Source of the DNA: Candidatus Hydrogenedentota bacterium
GTDB lineage: Bacteria; Hydrogenedentota; Hydrogenedentia; Hydrogenedentales; JAEUWI01
Direction: 5' to 3'
DNA: 64,000 bases
NCBI GenBank assembly: GCA_034669905.1
Contig: JAXMOL010000011.1
Span: forward strand, 89,037-153,036
The position numbers and the translations under genes were made by a program. Below, piece after piece: positions 59,634-64,000 of the stretch; the stretch's first letter is position 1, and each line of letters starts with the position of its first letter. The notes beneath the pieces were generated by a model, which saw nothing but the letters and a program-made list of their open reading frames with translations, was not told the DNA's origin and did no database searches.

Positions 59634-59705
59634 TCACAGCCACGGCGGGCCGCACGGTTGGGTGCGCCGCTGCACCAGACGAATTGCGATTGCCTTCATT
59701 CACCC

Positions 59706-60512
59706 CTATGCACCCAATTCCTTGCCGCGCTGCACCGCCGCATCCACTGCCGCCGCCACCACCCGGGGCAGTCCCTCGGCTTCAAAGGCGGCCAGGGCAG
59801 CTGCCGTGGTGCCCCCGGGGGACGTGACTTTCGCGCGCAATGTCGCCGCGTCGTCAGGGGATTCCATGAGGAGTTTCCCCGCGCCATAGAGGGTCTGTCC
59901 GGCGAGCTTTTCTGCCACACTCCGCTCCAGTCCCTGGGCCACGGCCGCCTCGACGAGGCACTCCACCATGCGGAAGAAATAGGCCGGGCCACTGCCGCTG
60001 AGTGCCGTGACGGCGTCCATGTCTTTCTCGGGCACTTCTTCGGCCACACCGATGGAGGCAAAGAGGGTGTTGGCCAGCGTCCGGTCTTCCTGGTCACAGG
60101 CGTCACTGGCGGCAATGCCTGCGGCACCGGCATGCACCAGGTAGGGCGTATTGGGCATGACCCGGATGACCCGGGTGTCCGCCCCCAGACGGGCCTGGAT
60201 AAAATCGATGGTAATCCCCGCGGCGATGGAAATCACCAGCGCGCCGGGTTTCAGGTGGGCCTGAATCTCGCCCAGGGCAGCATCCATAATCTGGGGCTTC
60301 ACGGCCAACACCAGCACGTCGCTCTCTGCGGCCAAATCGGTGGCCGAGCTGGCCGCGCGCACCTCCGATGCCGCGGCAGCTGCAATGCGCTCGGGAGAGG
60401 GGTCGAAAATATGGACCTTGTCCCGCCCGACCACGCCCAGCTCGAGGAGGCCCTCAAGAATCGCAGCCCCCATATTGCCATAGCCCAGAAAACCCAACGT
60501 CTTTTCCATCAC
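59706..60512 (-). CDS. proC: Pyrroline-5-carboxylate reductase
   Basis: GYGNMG, AVKP, SIAAG, RVMPNTP, SGSGPAY, VTSPGGTT. Confidence 0.96.
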   Translation of the reverse strand: MMEKTLGFLGYGNMGAAILEGLLELGVVGRDKVHIFDPSPERIAAAAASEVRAASSATDLAAESDVLVLAVKPQIMDAALGEIQAHLKPGALVISIAAGITIDFIQARLGADTRVIRVMPNTPYLVHAGAAGIAASDACDQEDRTLANTLFASIGVAEEVPEKDMDAVTALSGSGPAYFFRMVECLVEAAVAQGLERSVAEKLAGQTLYGAGKLLMESPDDAATLRAKVTSPGGTTAAALAAFEAEGLPRVVAAAVDAAVQRGKELGA

Positions 60513-61033
60513 GAACCCTGTTCTCCTGTTGCCACGGGGGCGCTCACCGCCTCTTCGCAGACCACCAGCGTATCGTCTACCACCGGCAAATCGCGGACCA
60601 TGGCCACTTCATCGCAGCCGGGAAACAACCGGCAGCGCATACAATCCTTAAACACCTTGTAGGGCAATTCCATCTTGTCGACTTCGTGGAATTGGCTCTT
60701 CACGAAAAATCCGGGTACCCGCGTGAGGGCGTAGACCCGGGCGATATTCAGCCGTTTCGCCTCGCCCAGCACCGCCTCCACCAACTGCTCGCCAATGCCC
60801 TGGCCCCGCTTGGATTCATGGACCACCAGGGAGCGCACTTCGGCAAGATCAACCATGTCGATGTGAAGGGCTACACAGCCCCCCAGACCCGACTCGTCGA
60901 TATATACGTAGAAATCCCGGACGTTCTCATAAAGTTCCGGCAATTCGCGGGGGAGCACACTGCCCTGCACGACGGCTTCGTCGAGGAGGGCCTTAATGGC
61001 GACCACTTCGGTCAATTTGGGTTTACGCACCAT
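60509..61033 (-). CDS. GNAT acetyltransferase, short ArgA-like
   Basis: LPR...LYE..RDF, LAEVRSL, RGQGIG, LPYKVFKDC..C......CDE. Confidence 0.85.
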   Translation of the reverse strand: MVRKPKLTEVVAIKALLDEAVVQGSVLPRELPELYENVRDFYVYIDESGLGGCVALHIDMVDLAEVRSLVVHESKRGQGIGEQLVEAVLGEAKRLNIARVYALTRVPGFFVKSQFHEVDKMELPYKVFKDCMRCRLFPGCDEVAMVRDLPVVDDTLVVCEEAVSAPVATGEQGS

Positions 61034-61149
61034 GGACGCCTGCGGCCCTTGTTCACGCTTCCGGATGAATCGGCCCCGCCGAAATGGCAGGGCCCCCAGT
61101 GTAGCATAGGAGACAAAATCCCGGCGAATTGGCGGTCAGCCGTCAGCCG

Positions 61150-61911
61150 TCAGCCCTCGGCCTCGTGAATCCGCTTGTGAAGGGTGACTTTTCCCGCCCG
61201 GCTCTTGCGCATCTTGAGGTTCAACAGCTCCACCGAGACGGAGAAGGCCATGGCGAAGTAGACATAGCCCTTGGGCACATGGACCTCGAAGCCTTCGGCG
61301 ATGAGGGTCACCCCCACGAGAATAAGGAAAGACAGGGCCAGAATCTTGATGGTGGGGTGGGCATCCACAAACTCACCAATGGCCCTGGCGGCAAAGAGCA
61401 TGATACCCACGGAAATGATGACCGCGATCATCATGATGGCGATGTCATCTGCCAGCCCCACGGCCGTAATCACCGAGTCGAGGGAAAAGACGAGATCGAG
61501 GAGGGCAATCTGGACGAGCACCGCCCCCACGCTCTTGACGGCCGTCGCCGCGCCCTGTTCCTGGGGCCCCTCGAGGCTCTCGTGGATCTCGTGGGTGGAC
61601 TTGGCCAACAGGAAGAGGCCGCCGCCGATGAGGATAAAATCGCGGCCGGAGATCTCGTGCCCGAGGACGGAGAACCACGGTTCGACCAGCCCGATGACCC
61701 AGGAGATACAGACCAGCAGCAAGAGCCGCATCACCATGGCCAGCCCCAACCCCGTATTGCGGGCCATGTTCCGTTTTTCTTCCGGAAGACGCCCGACAAG
61801 TATTGAGATAAAGATGATGTTGTCGATGCCCAGGACAATTTCCAGTAACGTCAACGTCCCCAGCGCAATCCACGCCTCCGGACTCGAAACCCACATGAAC
61901 CACTCAGCCAT
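61150..61911 (-). CDS. TerC family membrane protein
   Basis: LEIVLGIDN, DLVFSLDSVITAVG, KGYVYFAM; start at MAEWF after AGGAG. Confidence 0.93.
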   Translation of the reverse strand: MAEWFMWVSSPEAWIALGTLTLLEIVLGIDNIIFISILVGRLPEEKRNMARNTGLGLAMVMRLLLLVCISWVIGLVEPWFSVLGHEISGRDFILIGGGLFLLAKSTHEIHESLEGPQEQGAATAVKSVGAVLVQIALLDLVFSLDSVITAVGLADDIAIMMIAVIISVGIMLFAARAIGEFVDAHPTIKILALSFLILVGVTLIAEGFEVHVPKGYVYFAMAFSVSVELLNLKMRKSRAGKVTLHKRIHEAEG

Positions 61912-62100
61912 CGAAGATGCTCCTGCAACGTTTAAGAAGGAAAGACCCCACATCCACACAACACGCCCCGTAGCCTAAAGAATTGGCGGCGGCGGTGCAA
62001 CTTGGCGGGAGGGCAGGACCGCCACAACAGTGGGGCGGCACGCTTCTGACGGATTACCGGCTCATTGACGGACCTGTGACTACTCGTTTAGTATGTCGAA

Positions 62101-62114
62101 ATTGGTTATAACCA
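62101..62114. promoter_or_regulatory. Palindromic operator candidate ATTGGTTATAACCA, second copy
   Basis: Identical to 4092-4105; between a TAGTAT -10-like hexamer and the GGAG RBS. Confidence 0.65.
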
Positions 62115-62129
62115 TCGGAGATTGCCCCT

Positions 62130-63653
62130 ATGCGTGTGGCCCTTTTATTGAGTGGCGTGATTGTTTTGTGTATCACCGTGGCCGGCGCCCTGGAGCCCCT
62201 TGCGGGCTCCGCGATCTCGCCCTTCCCCGTCGGGAACAAGGCCCAACTCTTCATCGACAAGACCCTCGTCCAAGACGATGCCCAGGTCGCCTACACCCTC
62301 CACCCCGGCACCCAACACCCGAGCAATCCACTGATTGGGGTGGACAAGCCCTGGGAGGGCTGGCGGCTGGAACTCTATGGCACGGTGCTCTTCGACAACG
62401 AAGAGCAGATCTTTAAGATGTGGTATCTCGCGGCGGACTCGGTCGGCCAGGGCGAGGAATACCACACGTGCTACGCGACCAGCAAAGACGGCATTGTGTG
62501 GGAAAAGCCCCTCGTAGGCACCATTAAAACCGCCGGCGGCGCGCCCAACAACGTGGTCGCCAACGTCCACCTGGCCAGCGTCCGCAAAGATCTCGCGGAC
62601 CCCGACCCGGCACGGCGCTATAAGATGGTGGCCCACATCAACATCCCGAAAGCGGAGGGCGGCGGCGTCCATGTCTTTGTTTCGCCCGATGGCCTCGCGT
62701 GGACCCAGCTCAGCGAGTCCTACCTGATCCGCGCCAGCGATGTGCTCACCGCCTATTACGACACGGAACGGGAACTGTATGTTTCCTTCCCCAAACTCGT
62801 CACCAAGAGCCGGGGACATGTGCGTCGGTGCTTTGGCGTCTCCACCAGCGACGACTTTATGACCTGGACCGAGCCCTACTATGCCTTCACGCCCGATCTC
62901 CGCGATGATGCGGGCTCCCTCGGGCGCATTGAAGCCGTGCGGCCCCTCTTGGATGTGCCCGACGACCCGGCGCTCCTACGGACGGAGTTCTATGGCATCG
63001 GCGCGTACCAGGCGGAGAGCTGCACCCTCGCCTTCCCGTGGGTATTCACCATCAATAACGACGCCCGCTATGGCAATCACGAGGGGCCTTCGGAAATTCA
63101 GTTGGCCGTCACCCGGGATTTGAAAACCTGGGAGCGGCCCTTCCGCACCCCCGTCGTGCCCCCGGGCGCCGTCGGTTCGTGGAACAGTGGCTTCATCACC
63201 ACCGCGGCCGAGGCCTTCCTGAAAGACGACACCGTCTACCTCTACTACAGCGCCGCCAACTTCACCCACGGCGACCCCGTCCTCTACCGCGCGGAAGATA
63301 CGGGACGGCTCACCGAAAAGACCAGCAGCATCGGCCTCGCCACCTGGCAACGGGATCGCTTTGTCTCCGTCGATGGCATGAGCGAAGCCGCGACCCTCAC
63401 GACCGTCCCCATCGCTTTCGACGGCACCCGCCTCGAATTGAACTACACCACCCAACCCGGCGGATCGATTTCCGTCGCCTTCTGCGACGCAAGCGGCAAA
63501 CCCCTCGCCACCGCGGGGCCGATGAACGGCGACGAACTCCGGGCACAAGTCGACTTCGGCGACATCGCGCTCAGCGAATACGCGGACAAGGCCGTGGTAT
63601 TGAAATTCACCCTCGACCACGCGTCCTTGTACAGCTTCGCCTTTCGCGATTGA
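62130..63653 (+). CDS. Secreted beta-propeller glycoside hydrolase-like protein
   Basis: Signal peptide, NPL....PWE, FKMWY, Asp-box-like S.DG..W repeats, LYYS, RDRF. Confidence 0.7.
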   Translation: MRVALLLSGVIVLCITVAGALEPLAGSAISPFPVGNKAQLFIDKTLVQDDAQVAYTLHPGTQHPSNPLIGVDKPWEGWRLELYGTVLFDNEEQIFKMWYLAADSVGQGEEYHTCYATSKDGIVWEKPLVGTIKTAGGAPNNVVANVHLASVRKDLADPDPARRYKMVAHINIPKAEGGGVHVFVSPDGLAWTQLSESYLIRASDVLTAYYDTERELYVSFPKLVTKSRGHVRRCFGVSTSDDFMTWTEPYYAFTPDLRDDAGSLGRIEAVRPLLDVPDDPALLRTEFYGIGAYQAESCTLAFPWVFTINNDARYGNHEGPSEIQLAVTRDLKTWERPFRTPVVPPGAVGSWNSGFITTAAEAFLKDDTVYLYYSAANFTHGDPVLYRAEDTGRLTEKTSSIGLATWQRDRFVSVDGMSEAATLTTVPIAFDGTRLELNYTTQPGGSISVAFCDASGKPLATAGPMNGDELRAQVDFGDIALSEYADKAVVLKFTLDHASLYSFAFRD

Positions 63654-63806
63654 GTTGGGCGAGGTCTATGTGGCCCACAACAAATCCTCTCGAACGTGCC
63701 GTGCAATCCCGAGGTACGAGGGTTCGTGCGATCGGAAGCGGACTGCCGGGCGCCACGGTCAAGCCCTCCGGGACGAAGAGACATGAGGGACATCAGGGAC
63801 GGAGAA

Positions 63807-63890
63807 GTCATTCCCGCGCACGCCGGCACCCAATGAGTAGCATCGGTTGCTCGGCGCGCGACACTGGTTCCCCGCCTTCGCGGGGATGAC
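63807..63890. repeat. GTCATTCCCGC...GCGGGGATGAC inverted repeat pair
   Basis: Two imperfect palindromic arms facing each other; a related half arm near 46443-46464. Confidence 0.65.
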
Positions 63891-64000
63891 GGCAACAGCG
63901 CAGCCCCACCAAGTGGACTGCGCTGCCGAAGGTCTCACCACAACCGGGCGCTTTGCCCCCCCAACAGCCCCATGTTTTTCTTAGAATTCCAAATTCTAAA

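Noticed and set aside
59037..60512. DivIVA next to proC in a diderm as a novelty
   Set aside because: This neighbourhood is already known in several diderm lineages
61912..62095. yybP-ykoY (Mn2+) riboswitch upstream of terC
   Set aside because: GAGTAG and CGTCAA occur on the minus strand, but the GGGGAG start and closing GAGACC-type element were not found; an Rfam scan would decide

Overview
Chromosomal window from a GC-rich, flagellated, lipid-A-producing (diderm) bacterium; the taxon cannot be fixed from the sequence alone. Housekeeping content: M32 carboxypeptidase, a polysaccharide/glycosyltransferase cluster with two GT-C-like membrane proteins, thiS-thiE, a partial type II secretion/type IV pilus operon, an FHA-sigma54 activator, lpxA-TPR-oxidoreductase-lpxB-polA-rho, a YeeE/YedE pair, fliQ-fliR-flhB-flhA-flhF-flhG, ubiE/menG, an acetyltransferase-proC-DivIVA-LolA-like-maf run, TerC and a secreted beta-propeller hydrolase. 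No rRNA, tRNA or CRISPR array was seen. The most unusual structure is intergenic or accessory. (1) A REP-associated tyrosine transposase (RAYT) locus with GGGACAG-type repeats: the gene is interrupted by a 90-bp REP doublet, an AT-richer two-gene cassette sits between perfect inverted copies of the repeat, and 109-bp REP doublets of fixed length occur elsewhere. (2) An integrase-less islet (ubiquitin-like small protein plus DUF4132 protein) bounded by a duplicated rho 3' end and terminator. (3) A candidate sigma54-dependent small RNA divergent from the FHA activator, with tandem palindromic enhancer sites. (4) An unannotated 37-aa hydrophobic ORF with a structured leader. (5) One palindromic operator shared by two secreted-protein genes 58 kb apart. 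Product calls rest on motif recognition by eye; no database searches were run.
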